From a virus, in the IMG/VR virus record IMGVR_UViG_3300045988_160931, positions 32,001 to 96,000 of that record: DNA of 64,000 nucleotides. The stretch is one strand, 5' to 3'. The stretch's first letter is position 1. Every line of letters starts with the position of its first letter. The translations under genes were made by a program, and so were the position numbers. The notes beneath the pieces are model-generated. The model was not told where the DNA came from, did not search any database, and saw nothing but the letters and a program-made list of their open reading frames with translations. Positions 1-8,681 of this stretch are shown piece after piece.

Positions 1-2
1 CG

Positions 3-527
3 ATTCGATATTTTGCCACAGGTGAACTACTTGGCATAAACAGTAGAACAACTATCCCAAACTATGATTTATTTGGCATCAAAAAATATTGTCTAACAAA
101 GACGTATCAAAAAAGTATGAATCTATATGGGCTTTATGAAAATTATAATTCAATCTTAAAATCAAAACTTGTGGTTGTTTTTGAATCTGAAAAATCTGCC
201 TTAAAAAGGGACAGCTTACTTGATAATAACTGTGTTGCGATTCAAGGGAAATCGTTAAGTGAGGAACAGGTAAGAATCCTAATTGGACTAGATGTAGAGA
301 TTGTATTTGCTCTTGATAAGGATGTTTGTATTGAAGATATTTGGTTTATGTGTGAGAAGTTTTATGGAATTCGGATTGTATCTTATATTTGTGATGCTGA
401 TGGTCTAGTACATGAAAAAGAATCACCTGCTGATTGTAGTGATGCGATTTACAGAAGGTTGCTTAAAAATAGAAAAAGATATGGATATTCAGAGCATCAA
501 AATTATTTGAGGAGTTTAGAGAAATGA
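3..527 (+). CDS. DnaG-type DNA primase, C-terminal part (TOPRIM region); 5' end lies outside the window
   Basis: Reading frame is open from nt 3, with no stop before the listed Met at 117. 'VVVFESEKSALK' (TOPRIM Glu) and 'FALDKD' (DxD) motifs. Stop overlaps the next start (ATGA at 524-527). Confidence 0.6.
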   Translation: MRYFATGELLGINSRTTIPNYDLFGIKKYCLTKTYQKSMNLYGLYENYNSILKSKLVVVFESEKSALKRDSLLDNNCVAIQGKSLSEEQVRILIGLDVEIVFALDKDVCIEDIWFMCEKFYGIRIVSYICDADGLVHEKESPADCSDAIYRRLLKNRKRYGYSEHQNYLRSLEK

Positions 528-1702
528 GAGTGTTAAGTTTGTTTGACGGTATGTCTTGCGGAATGCTTGCTTTTCAGAAATGCGGAATTAAAATTGATGA
601 ATATGTTGCTTATGAAATTGATAAATATGCTGTAAAAACAAGTAAGCATAATTTCCAGAACATTAAACATATGGGAGATGTTTTTGAAGCAGATTTTTCT
701 AATTACTATGGTTTTGATTTTATAGTGGGGGGAAGCCCTTGTACATATTGGAGTATTGCTCAGTCAAAAGATAAAAGAGAAACTGCTGCTTCTGGACTTG
801 GATGGGATTTATTTTCTCAGTATGTTAGAGCATTAAAAGAAGTCAAACCAAAATATTTTATATATGAAAACAATAAATCAATGAGCAAACAGATAAGGGA
901 ATCTATCTCCGAAACTTTTGGATTTGAACCAATTTGTATCAATAGTGCTTTAGTTTCTGCACAGAACAGACAAAGGCTATATTGGGTAGGAAGAAGAAAT
1001 AATAACGGAACTTATGATAAAGTTGATATTTCATTACCAAAAGATAATAAAATTTTATTGCGTGATATTTTAGAGGTAACAACAGTTGAAAAGGGATATG
1101 AATTAGCCGAACCAGCATGTATGCGTTATGAACGCACGGAAGAGGGGAAAAAACTGCGAAAAGCTTACGAAGCACATGAAATTAAACACAGGTATCATGA
1201 ACTACATGAATTAGCACCACGGCTGGATGGGAAAACAAACACATTAAGTACAGTGCTAAAAGATAATCCGATTTGCATACCCATTAGAATTGGCACGATT
1301 AAAAACGAATTACAGAACAAAAAACATGACAGCAGGCAATATAGGGTATATTCGCCGGACGCTAAAAGTGTAACACTTTGTGCTGGCGGTGGTGGTATAG
1401 GAGAAAAAACAGGATTATATATGGTGCCGTATAAATCAGAAAAGTCGAAAAATAAAGTTATTGAAGTGTACGAGTGTCGTAATGGCATAATTACTATTAA
1501 GAACAAATCCTACCCAATCAAGTTATGTGACGGATTTTATATTATTCGCAAACTAACAATTGAAGAATGCAAAAGATTGCAAACAGTTCCAGAGTGGTAT
1601 GAGTTTCCTGTAAGTAATACTCAGGCATATAAAATGCTGGGGAATGGATGGACAGTGGATGTTATTGTCCATATAATAAAGTCTATTTTAGGTGAGGAAT
1701 AA
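524..1702 (+). CDS. DNA (cytosine-5)-methyltransferase
   Basis: C5-MTase motifs in canonical order: 'LFDGMSCG' (I), 'GGSPCTYWS' (IV, catalytic PC), 'YENNKS' (VI), 'QNRQRLYWVG' (VIII), 'LGNGWTV' (X). Confidence 0.9.
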   Translation: MRVLSLFDGMSCGMLAFQKCGIKIDEYVAYEIDKYAVKTSKHNFQNIKHMGDVFEADFSNYYGFDFIVGGSPCTYWSIAQSKDKRETAASGLGWDLFSQYVRALKEVKPKYFIYENNKSMSKQIRESISETFGFEPICINSALVSAQNRQRLYWVGRRNNNGTYDKVDISLPKDNKILLRDILEVTTVEKGYELAEPACMRYERTEEGKKLRKAYEAHEIKHRYHELHELAPRLDGKTNTLSTVLKDNPICIPIRIGTIKNELQNKKHDSRQYRVYSPDAKSVTLCAGGGGIGEKTGLYMVPYKSEKSKNKVIEVYECRNGIITIKNKSYPIKLCDGFYIIRKLTIEECKRLQTVPEWYEFPVSNTQAYKMLGNGWTVDVIVHIIKSILGEE

Positions 1703-1706
1703 AACT

Positions 1707-1955
1707 ATGATTTTATACGTTCGTAAGAATGGCAAATATGGAGAAATAAAGGGAAATAAAGGACTTAGAGAGAGTAATTTTTCATGCCAAAAAGTGGCAG
1801 TTTTAGATAATTTTCAGAGTGTAATAGGATATATCAAAAATTACTGTAAAACAAAAGATTTCACTATCCATTACATAAGAACGTGGACAAAAGATGATAG
1901 AACGTATATTGATTATGGTAACCATGACGAACTGTTCTTTGTTAATTGGCATTAA
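1707..1955 (+). CDS. hypothetical protein
   Basis: ATG at 1707 lies 8 nt after SD GGTGAGGA. The listed GTG at 1692 sits inside that SD. Tightly packed in the operon. Confidence 0.5.
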   Translation: MILYVRKNGKYGEIKGNKGLRESNFSCQKVAVLDNFQSVIGYIKNYCKTKDFTIHYIRTWTKDDRTYIDYGNHDELFFVNWH

Positions 1956-1995
1956 TTAGCTGTAATGGATGCAACTTAAATATAAAGGAGATTTG

Positions 1996-2157
1996 ATGAT
2001 AGGTTTTATTTGCTTAACAGGTTGTATTTCCTGTACATTAAGTATTATTTTTAAGTATAAGAAAATGGAAGTCGCAAGTATTGTCTCTTTGTGCTACAGC
2101 TGTGCTGCACTTGGATTCTCATTTTGTGATATTCTTTTAAGATTTTGGAGAGAGTAA
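1996..2157 (+). CDS. small hydrophobic (membrane) protein
   Basis: ATG at 1996 lies 5 nt after SD AAGGAG. The 53-aa product has two hydrophobic segments. Confidence 0.45.
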   Translation: MIGFICLTGCISCTLSIIFKYKKMEVASIVSLCYSCAALGFSFCDILLRFWRE

Positions 2158-2183
2158 AAATAAACAAATTGAAAGGAATATGA

Positions 2184-2594
2184 ATAAAATTGTCTAAGTT
2201 GTGTGAAGAGTGTAATTTTCGGGGTGTGGATATCGCACACTATCCGTGCAATGAATGTTGCGAAATTATATGTATTAGTACTGAGAAGTTTCCGAATCAT
2301 TTTGAGCCGATATCGGAAGAACGCCACTACAATGATATCACAGACAGATGTATAACTGCGGAAACACCGGTGAATAACGTGGAACATCCGGCGCATTATA
2401 TGGGAACATCCATTGAGTGCATTGATGCCATGAGAGAAACGCAGGGTGTTGAAGCTGTGAAAAATTTCTGCATCTGCAATGCGTTCAAGTATTTGTGGCG
2501 GCACGAGAAAAAGAACGGTGTTGAGGATGTAAAGAAAGCAGCGTGGTATCTGAATAAATTTATTGAACTAGAAACAGGTGAGAAAAATAAGTAA
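2184..2594 (+). CDS. DUF3310-family phage protein with Cys-rich N-terminus
   Basis: 'PAHY...IECIDAM...FCICNAFKYLWRHEKKNGVEDVKKAAWYLNKFIE' matches the DUF3310 pattern as I remember it. Start is ambiguous: ATA 2184 is 6 nt after SD AAAGGA, TTG 2190 is 12 nt after. Confidence 0.65.
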   Translation: MKLSKLCEECNFRGVDIAHYPCNECCEIICISTEKFPNHFEPISEERHYNDITDRCITAETPVNNVEHPAHYMGTSIECIDAMRETQGVEAVKNFCICNAFKYLWRHEKKNGVEDVKKAAWYLNKFIELETGEKNK

Positions 2595-2958
2595 ATACAT
2601 CAATACAAACGCCCTTATCAGAATTATTGATGCTCAGATGAGTAACATTGAACGTCTTAAACAAATTCAAGATAAAGAAATTCAAGAAGGAAATAAATGT
2701 CAGTGTACAGTACACTTTGATACAAAACTTGAAACTTTTAACAATGTTCTTGAAACGATTGATGAGATGCAAGGAGCAGATGTAGCACCTGTTGTTCATG
2801 CTACGTGGATACACTTTGGGTCTGGTTTTCATTATTTGTGTTCCAGATGCAAATATAAACCATTGCAAGTAACGTATAATTTCTGCCCTAATTGTGGGGC
2901 AAAAATGGGGTTTGAGCGATTTGGGTATGAGCGAGGAGAAAATGCAGAAAATGAGTGA
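2578..2958 (+). CDS. hypothetical zinc-ribbon protein
   Basis: C-terminal 'CSRCKYK...CPNCGAKM' CxxC pair. Start uncertain: GTG 2578 lies inside the SD, ATA 2587 is 5 nt after AGGTGA, and there is an ATG at 2638. Confidence 0.5.
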   Translation: MRKISKYINTNALIRIIDAQMSNIERLKQIQDKEIQEGNKCQCTVHFDTKLETFNNVLETIDEMQGADVAPVVHATWIHFGSGFHYLCSRCKYKPLQVTYNFCPNCGAKMGFERFGYERGENAENE

Positions 2959-3175
2959 GATCAGATTAAAACCCTGTCTAATATGTGGAAAGATGCCAAA
3001 AGTCAAAAGAAATTATGCGTATGAAGCAAGTGGATTTGGAGCATGGTGTACGATTCAGTGCAAGCCGTTTTTTAGAAAACCTCATCTAAAAATAGAAGAG
3101 GGGAAATCTATGTGGAATAGAGCGTATAAGTATGCAATTATGGATTGGAATAGAATGGTTGAGGAGATGAACTGA
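2942..3175 (+). CDS. Lar-like restriction-alleviation family protein (putative)
   Basis: 'IRLKPCLICGK...GAWCTIQC' resembles the Lar-family 'LKPCPFCG' zinc motif. SD GGAG is upstream. The choice of start Met (2927/2942/2951) is uncertain. Confidence 0.4.
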   Translation: MQKMSEIRLKPCLICGKMPKVKRNYAYEASGFGAWCTIQCKPFFRKPHLKIEEGKSMWNRAYKYAIMDWNRMVEEMN

Positions 3176-3176
3176 A

Positions 3177-3356
3177 ATGAATGAAAAGGCAGAAGTGAAA
3201 TGCGGCAAGTCTGGCGTGTTTGTCACTGAGGAACAGCTAAAAAAGATCAAAGGTGAGTTCTGGAATGAAAGCAGCGAGGTTCTCGGCTATGACATGATTG
3301 AAATTGACGAAGCGTATGATATTGTGTGTAGGTGTATCGGGTACGAGGAGGAATAG
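3177..3356 (+). CDS. small hypothetical protein (59 aa, below ORF-track cutoff)
   Basis: ATG at 3177 directly after the previous stop. The uninterrupted frame ends at TAG 3354-3356, just before the next gene, and fills an otherwise empty gap. Confidence 0.4.
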   Translation: MNEKAEVKCGKSGVFVTEEQLKKIKGEFWNESSEVLGYDMIEIDEAYDIVCRCIGYEEE

Positions 3357-3359
3357 CAC

Positions 3360-3752
3360 ATGAAGAAAAGAATTATCGCAGCTGTAACCGCTGTGTGCAT
3401 GATGGCTGTATCTATGACAGGATGTACAGAAGCGGAAAGAGCAACGTATAACGTCCAGAAAGAAGCTGATTATTTTAATGTAGAACGGCGTTTGTCTGTC
3501 ATCAATGCTAGAACGGATAAACCGATCTTGGAACTGATCGGATACTTTTCGTTATCTAATAATAATAATAACGAACTTGTTATTACGCTTGAAGTTGCTC
3601 AGAATCAGTATAAAGTGGATTATGTCTATCTGAATGACTGGACGATTTACACAGTAGAGGACATCAATGGCGCACACGTTGACCCATATCATTATGAGAT
3701 CAATTTTTTGCCAGAGATGATTCAGCCTGTTAAATTTACACAGAATGATTAA
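3360..3752 (+). CDS. phage-encoded lipoprotein
   Basis: N-terminus 'MKKRIIAAVTAVCMMAVSMTGC' is a signal peptide plus lipobox (MTG|C). SD GGAGGA lies 7 nt upstream. Confidence 0.7.
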   Translation: MKKRIIAAVTAVCMMAVSMTGCTEAERATYNVQKEADYFNVERRLSVINARTDKPILELIGYFSLSNNNNNELVITLEVAQNQYKVDYVYLNDWTIYTVEDINGAHVDPYHYEINFLPEMIQPVKFTQND

Positions 3753-3796
3753 GCATTTGAAAGATGTATAAGTCCTAAAAGGAGAAAAAGATAATT

Positions 3797-4435
3797 ATGG
3801 CATATTACTGGTGCAGCTTGTTCTTCGATGAATATGGGACTTTATTGGGGAGAAACAATATTGTTTATGGTGAAACAGAACAAGAGTTTATCCGGAATAT
3901 GTCACGTTATCTCCGAGGGCATTATGGAACACATCTTGCCATAAATGATTATGATATGCGATTGAAACGCATGGAAGCAGAACAGAATATGTCAGGGGCT
4001 GACCTCGGCTTGTATTCTCCAGTATATCCAAATTCAGACAACGATGATGCTGTTTACTTTATAAGAGATAAGCAGCTTTGCAGCTTTGAGAGAGGGAAAC
4101 TTCGGGTGCTTGACCTGCGAAACTACCACGAAGCAATTCTTGCTCATGCAGTATGCTTTGCGGAAGAACTGCTGAGATACAGCCGTAAGAAAAAACAGGG
4201 TAAGCGACACAAAAAATGTTGGAATTATCACTGGCACAAAGGAATTCGGAATAAACTGATACTGGATTCCAAAGGAATGCTCAGAGCAAAGTATTTTGCT
4301 GGTTTTCTCTATGAATATCGGTTTGACCCGAAGCTTTATAAGTCAGAAAACAACTGGAAAGAGAATAAGAAATGCAGACATCAATGGGAAGTTCATATCG
4401 ATCGTCACATAGACACAATGCAGTATATTGGATAG
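3797..4435 (+). CDS. hypothetical protein
   Basis: Long ORF in the operon. SD AAGGAG upstream; ATG is 12 nt after it, and an in-frame ATA (3791) is 6 nt after it. Confidence 0.5.
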   Translation: MAYYWCSLFFDEYGTLLGRNNIVYGETEQEFIRNMSRYLRGHYGTHLAINDYDMRLKRMEAEQNMSGADLGLYSPVYPNSDNDDAVYFIRDKQLCSFERGKLRVLDLRNYHEAILAHAVCFAEELLRYSRKKKQGKRHKKCWNYHWHKGIRNKLILDSKGMLRAKYFAGFLYEYRFDPKLYKSENNWKENKKCRHQWEVHIDRHIDTMQYIG

Positions 4436-4593
4436 AAATACTCAACGGGGATTATGGTAACTGCACAGGACACAACTACATATGTAGTAACTGTGGTTAT
4501 GAATTTACTTGTTTTGGCGGTACACCATTTGAGTATGGTATATTCCGGTGCAGACGATGCAAGGCGAAAATAATTGATATAAAAAGGAGTTGA
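4372..4593 (+). CDS. small zinc-ribbon protein
   Basis: 'CSNCGYEF...CRRCKAKI' double CxxC. Overlaps the upstream ORF by 64 nt in another frame. Confidence 0.4.
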   Translation: MQTSMGSSYRSSHRHNAVYWIEILNGDYGNCTGHNYICSNCGYEFTCFGGTPFEYGIFRCRRCKAKIIDIKRS

Positions 4594-5678
4594 TTAAAAT
4601 AGAAGAACTATTAGATCAAGATCTATCTGAGCTAGACAAGCACATATCAGATGCAATGCACAGAATTGAAAGATTGTATTATGAAACTGACGGGAAGTGT
4701 TATCTATCGTTCAGCGGTGGGAAAGACAGTACAATCGTGCTTGCTGTTATAAAACTGTGTGAAGATATTGGAACGATTCCGAAGAATGCGATTCCAGCGG
4801 TTTTCTGCGACACAAAGATAGAATTAGATGCTACAGTTGATTTCGTGCATTGGGTGAAAGATAACTGGTATAACAATGTGCAGTTTATTAAAACTGAGAA
4901 ATCATTCGCACAAGTTATCAAAGAGTATGGGAAACCGTTTCGCAGTAAAATGAAATCAAAAGGATTACACTACTACATCACAAATCCGGCATATTTGACA
5001 GCCAGAGCATTGTATGATGATGCTGTATGCAAGTCAGCTAAAATGAGGTTATCCAATAAAGACTTTCATGTACTACACTCAAATTTTTCAATTCAAATTT
5101 CTGATAAATGTTGTGATGTGATGAAGAAGAAACCATTTATCAAATATGGGAAAGATAATGGCATGATCGGTTACTTTTCTGGAATGCGAATGTTTGAGGG
5201 TGGGAAACGTCATATTGTTTTTGAAAAACGGATGAATTCCGGCGATAAAAGGCCATGTACACACGTTTCTGATGGTGTAACATCGGTATCCCCAATTTTT
5301 GATTGGGATGATGAAATTTGTGAAGAATTCATTCAGAAGTACAACGCCCCGCTGTCTAGGGCGTATACAGAGTATGGAGAAGAACGGACTGGGTGTTTCC
5401 TATGTCCGTATGGCTTGAACGTAGACAAGCGGCTTGAATCACTACATACCTACGAACCAAACAAATATAAAGCAGCGTTGTACTTCCTAAAAGATGTGTA
5501 CATTGCACAAGGTGTTGAACTTCCATTTGATTCGGACTATATGAAAGAGTACAAAGAAAAGTGGATTGAGTATGAGAAGATGCGGTATAAAATGTTGAAG
5601 AAGTATCGCCCTGACTGTATGATCTGCAAGAAGTACGAGAAAGAGCATGGACAATCTGCTCAGAAGAAATTATTTTAG
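4590..5678 (+). CDS. PAPS-reductase / PP-loop ATP-pyrophosphatase family protein
   Basis: 'YLSFSGGKDSTIVLAV' PP-loop (SGGKDS) and C-terminal 'TGCFLCPYG' Cys pair. Start ambiguous: TTG abuts the SD, and an in-frame ATA at 4599 is 9 nt after GGAG. Confidence 0.7.
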   Translation: MIKIEELLDQDLSELDKHISDAMHRIERLYYETDGKCYLSFSGGKDSTIVLAVIKLCEDIGTIPKNAIPAVFCDTKIELDATVDFVHWVKDNWYNNVQFIKTEKSFAQVIKEYGKPFRSKMKSKGLHYYITNPAYLTARALYDDAVCKSAKMRLSNKDFHVLHSNFSIQISDKCCDVMKKKPFIKYGKDNGMIGYFSGMRMFEGGKRHIVFEKRMNSGDKRPCTHVSDGVTSVSPIFDWDDEICEEFIQKYNAPLSRAYTEYGEERTGCFLCPYGLNVDKRLESLHTYEPNKYKAALYFLKDVYIAQGVELPFDSDYMKEYKEKWIEYEKMRYKMLKKYRPDCMICKKYEKEHGQSAQKKLF

Positions 5679-5690
5679 GAGCGATAAACA

Positions 5691-6185
5691 ATGTTAGTTC
5701 CAGCAGTCCTATATAAGGACGAAATCAAAAGAAAAATATTAGAGTATAAATACACAAATGATATGATGTACTACTCTGGATGGCTAGGAGATTCTATTCC
5801 AAATATCGATGATGACAGCGAAGATAATTGTACAGTACAATATGCAATTGTTGACGGCGATGATCTAATCGGCTACTTTACATATATGATGGACTGGTAT
5901 ACATCATGTGCAAACTGTTTTGGTCTGTTCTCATTCGACAGAGGAAATAAAATCATTGGGCTGGATGTCCTCAGAGAATTAAAGAAGATTATTAAAGAAT
6001 ACAATGTTCATAGAATTTCCTGGAGGATGGTAAGTGGTAATCCAGTCGAACGTCACTATGACAGATTCTGTGACAAGTATGGCGGGAAGAAATTTGTACT
6101 TACAGATGCTATCCGAGATAGATCAGGTAACTATCATGATGATATTATCTATGAGATTATTTTTCAGAAATCTAAGGATATATAA
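5691..6185 (+). CDS. GNAT-like acetyltransferase fold protein (tentative)
   Basis: C-terminal 'HRISWRMVSGNPVERHYDRFCDKYGG...RDRSGNYHDDIIYEI' resembles a GNAT core. Good SD and ATG. Confidence 0.35.
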   Translation: MLVPAVLYKDEIKRKILEYKYTNDMMYYSGWLGDSIPNIDDDSEDNCTVQYAIVDGDDLIGYFTYMMDWYTSCANCFGLFSFDRGNKIIGLDVLRELKKIIKEYNVHRISWRMVSGNPVERHYDRFCDKYGGKKFVLTDAIRDRSGNYHDDIIYEIIFQKSKDI

Positions 6186-6200
6186 AATAGAGGTTTTATC

Positions 6201-7100
6201 ATGCAAAGATTTAGATTGGATTTTGAAAATGGTAGAAATGGCAAATTTTATTGCACTAGTTTGGAACAATTAAAACGTACATTCCCAGATGCAATAAGCA
6301 TAATCCCTATTTCCGATTTATCACATGAAAAATACTGTAAAATGCTATTAAATAAAGCAAGAGATAATGTAAGGGTATACGAAAAGCGAGAATCTATTAT
6401 ATACGCCTTTGAGTTTGGACTTCAACATGGGAACATTCAAATTGAATTGATGCAAGACAAAGAAGATAATACATTTTATGATTATTGCAAATATAAGTTT
6501 CAACCAATGTCAAAAATGATAATATCGATAGTTTGGGATATAAGTAATCCTAAATTAGTATGGGAGAAATTCTTTGAAAATACTGAAATCAGTTATAAAG
6601 TCATTGGGTTTTATAAGGCTGGAACTAATATGCCTAAACTAAAAAAACCAAAAGAACTATCTGGAGTAAATGGGAATAGTATTCCTTTTTCATATTCCAA
6701 AGGGAAGGTAAAATGCCAATTTCAATATTTTGTGAAAAACAATGACTTGTACATTAAATCGAATGATTTCTTCTCTCCAATGTTTAGACCAAACGATGAG
6801 GATATTGGAATGCCATTAGGATATATAATGAAAAAATATTTTGGGAGAGCTAGAAGTGAAAAATTCATATATCCAGATGGGTGGGGTAGCGTTGTTATTC
6901 AGCAGAAAGCATGGTTGAAGTTTGAAAACATTGTAAAAATTGTAGATCAGATGAATTATGTTGAACTTTCGCATTTTGCAATGAGTCTTATGCGAGAAAA
7001 ACATCATTTTCAATATTATTTCATGCAGGACGTAGACTGGATAAATATGTTCGAAAATTTATTTAAGCAATTAAAGAGTAAAAAGGAGACAAATATATGA
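6201..7100 (+). CDS. hypothetical protein
   Basis: 299-aa ORF with SD AGAGG 7 nt upstream. No motif recognised. Confidence 0.55.
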   Translation: MQRFRLDFENGRNGKFYCTSLEQLKRTFPDAISIIPISDLSHEKYCKMLLNKARDNVRVYEKRESIIYAFEFGLQHGNIQIELMQDKEDNTFYDYCKYKFQPMSKMIISIVWDISNPKLVWEKFFENTEISYKVIGFYKAGTNMPKLKKPKELSGVNGNSIPFSYSKGKVKCQFQYFVKNNDLYIKSNDFFSPMFRPNDEDIGMPLGYIMKKYFGRARSEKFIYPDGWGSVVIQQKAWLKFENIVKIVDQMNYVELSHFAMSLMREKHHFQYYFMQDVDWINMFENLFKQLKSKKETNI

Positions 7101-7420
7101 CACTAAAAGAATTTATTGAAGAGTTTATCCCGGATTCAAGAACATTTATTCGCCTTATCCATGTTGTAGAAAAAGAATGTGTGGACGTGGAGTTGGATTC
7201 AACACGCTGCGCAGTTATAAAGAAGCGAAAAGAATATGAGCGAATTCCTCTCCGGATAGTAAATGGAGAAGAAAAGACAATGGCTACGGCAGAACTGATT
7301 ATGTTTGATGATTACTATAAGAGATACCATGATTGCGTAGTTAGAGGATTGATTGATAGTTGTTCACCTATTGAAGAAGTCGATACAAATGCAGTGAATA
7401 TCATTATTGATAACGAATAA
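7097..7420 (+). CDS. hypothetical protein
   Basis: ATG overlaps the upstream stop. SD AAGGAG. Confidence 0.5.
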   Translation: MTLKEFIEEFIPDSRTFIRLIHVVEKECVDVELDSTRCAVIKKRKEYERIPLRIVNGEEKTMATAELIMFDDYYKRYHDCVVRGLIDSCSPIEEVDTNAVNIIIDNE

Positions 7421-7450
7421 TCCCATTGTAATCATAGATTGGAGCAAGAA

Positions 7451-8659
7451 ATGCGAAAAACAAATGAAGAACTTCAAGCAATATTAAAACGAGAAAACTA
7501 TAAAAGACTTTGGTCGTGGTCGAGATTGGAATGTTTTCGGAATAGCCCGTATGAGTACTTCCTAAATTACATTAAGCATGAGCCTAAAGACAGACAGAAT
7601 TGTATTTATGCTCCAATTGGTTCTGTAGCACATGAAGCACTGGAATTATATTATACGAATCAAATCGACAGAGATAAAATGCTAGAGAGTTTTGAAGATG
7701 GTTGGTTTAATGCGACTACTATCTTAGATTTGAAGTTTGATCGAAATGACGAAAGTAAAAACGAGACTATTAAACAGAAATATTATGTTGACTTGCAATT
7801 GTTTTTCAAAAATCATCGAGATATAAAAAGGTACAAGCCTTTAATGGAGCAGTTCGTAAAATATAAGATTGATGATAATCTGTTTCAGGGCTATATTGAT
7901 TGCTGTTTTAAGGATGAATCTGGTTGTTTCAATATCATTGACTTCAAGACATCTACCATGTATACAGGTAAAACGCTAGTAGAACATTCTGGACAACTTA
8001 CCGTATATGCAATGGGTTTAATGCAAGCTGGTGTTTCAGAAGATAAGATTAAGATCGGGTTTAATTTTTTGAAGTACTGCACTGTTACATATACACAGGC
8101 GAACGGTAAAACAAAAGATAGAAATATAGAGAGAAGTAAATTAGGAGAATCGTTACAAACAAATGCAAAGATGTGGCTTAATAAAATTGGGTATAGCGAA
8201 GAAGATGCCGATTTCTATTTGAAACAATTGATTGATAGTAATGATATATCTGTTCTTCCGGAAGATGTGCGTATCAAATATATAATGAATGATTGCTATG
8301 TGTTTATTCCCTTTGATGATGTTCTAAGAGATAAGTGGATAGATATTATTCGGAAAACAATTAAAGATATTGAATTAAGAGAATCTGATTATAAAACAGA
8401 TTTCAACGAGAAAGTCTTTTATGATACAGATGAACAATTAAAATCCCAGAGTTATTACCTTGCCACCTTGTGTGAGTATAGCATTGAGAAACATAAGCCA
8501 TATAAGGAATGGCTTGACAAAATTGATGCGAAAAAGAATGAATTTGGCTTGTTTAATAATGTTGGAGTTAATTCAAGTAGCTTGTCTATGGTAGACAAAA
8601 ATATAAGTAATGATAGAAGCCAAAACGATGATTTGTCTTGGCTTGATGATATTATTTGA
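7451..8659 (+). CDS. PD-(D/E)XK (RecB/Cas4-like) nuclease
   Basis: 'GYIDCCFKD...FNIIDFKTS' (D...D-x-K) and 'QLTVYA' (QxxxY) motifs. ATG 7451 lies 6 nt after SD TGGAG. Confidence 0.6.
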   Translation: MRKTNEELQAILKRENYKRLWSWSRLECFRNSPYEYFLNYIKHEPKDRQNCIYAPIGSVAHEALELYYTNQIDRDKMLESFEDGWFNATTILDLKFDRNDESKNETIKQKYYVDLQLFFKNHRDIKRYKPLMEQFVKYKIDDNLFQGYIDCCFKDESGCFNIIDFKTSTMYTGKTLVEHSGQLTVYAMGLMQAGVSEDKIKIGFNFLKYCTVTYTQANGKTKDRNIERSKLGESLQTNAKMWLNKIGYSEEDADFYLKQLIDSNDISVLPEDVRIKYIMNDCYVFIPFDDVLRDKWIDIIRKTIKDIELRESDYKTDFNEKVFYDTDEQLKSQSYYLATLCEYSIEKHKPYKEWLDKIDAKKNEFGLFNNVGVNSSSLSMVDKNISNDRSQNDDLSWLDDII

Positions 8660-8681
8660 AATAAATTATGGAGTTTGATAT

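Noticed and set aside
4372-4435. Programmed -1 frameshift joining ORF 3797-4435 to ORF 4372-4593.
   Set aside because: The 64-nt overlap contains no X-XXY-YYZ slippery heptamer. The downstream ORF has its own ATG with an AAAGAG SD-like sequence upstream.
6034-6273. 79-aa ORF overlapping the end of 5691-6185 and the start of 6201-7100; also 19959-20147 inside dut.
   Set aside because: Both are alternative-frame ORFs nested in better-supported genes, with no SD and no motif.
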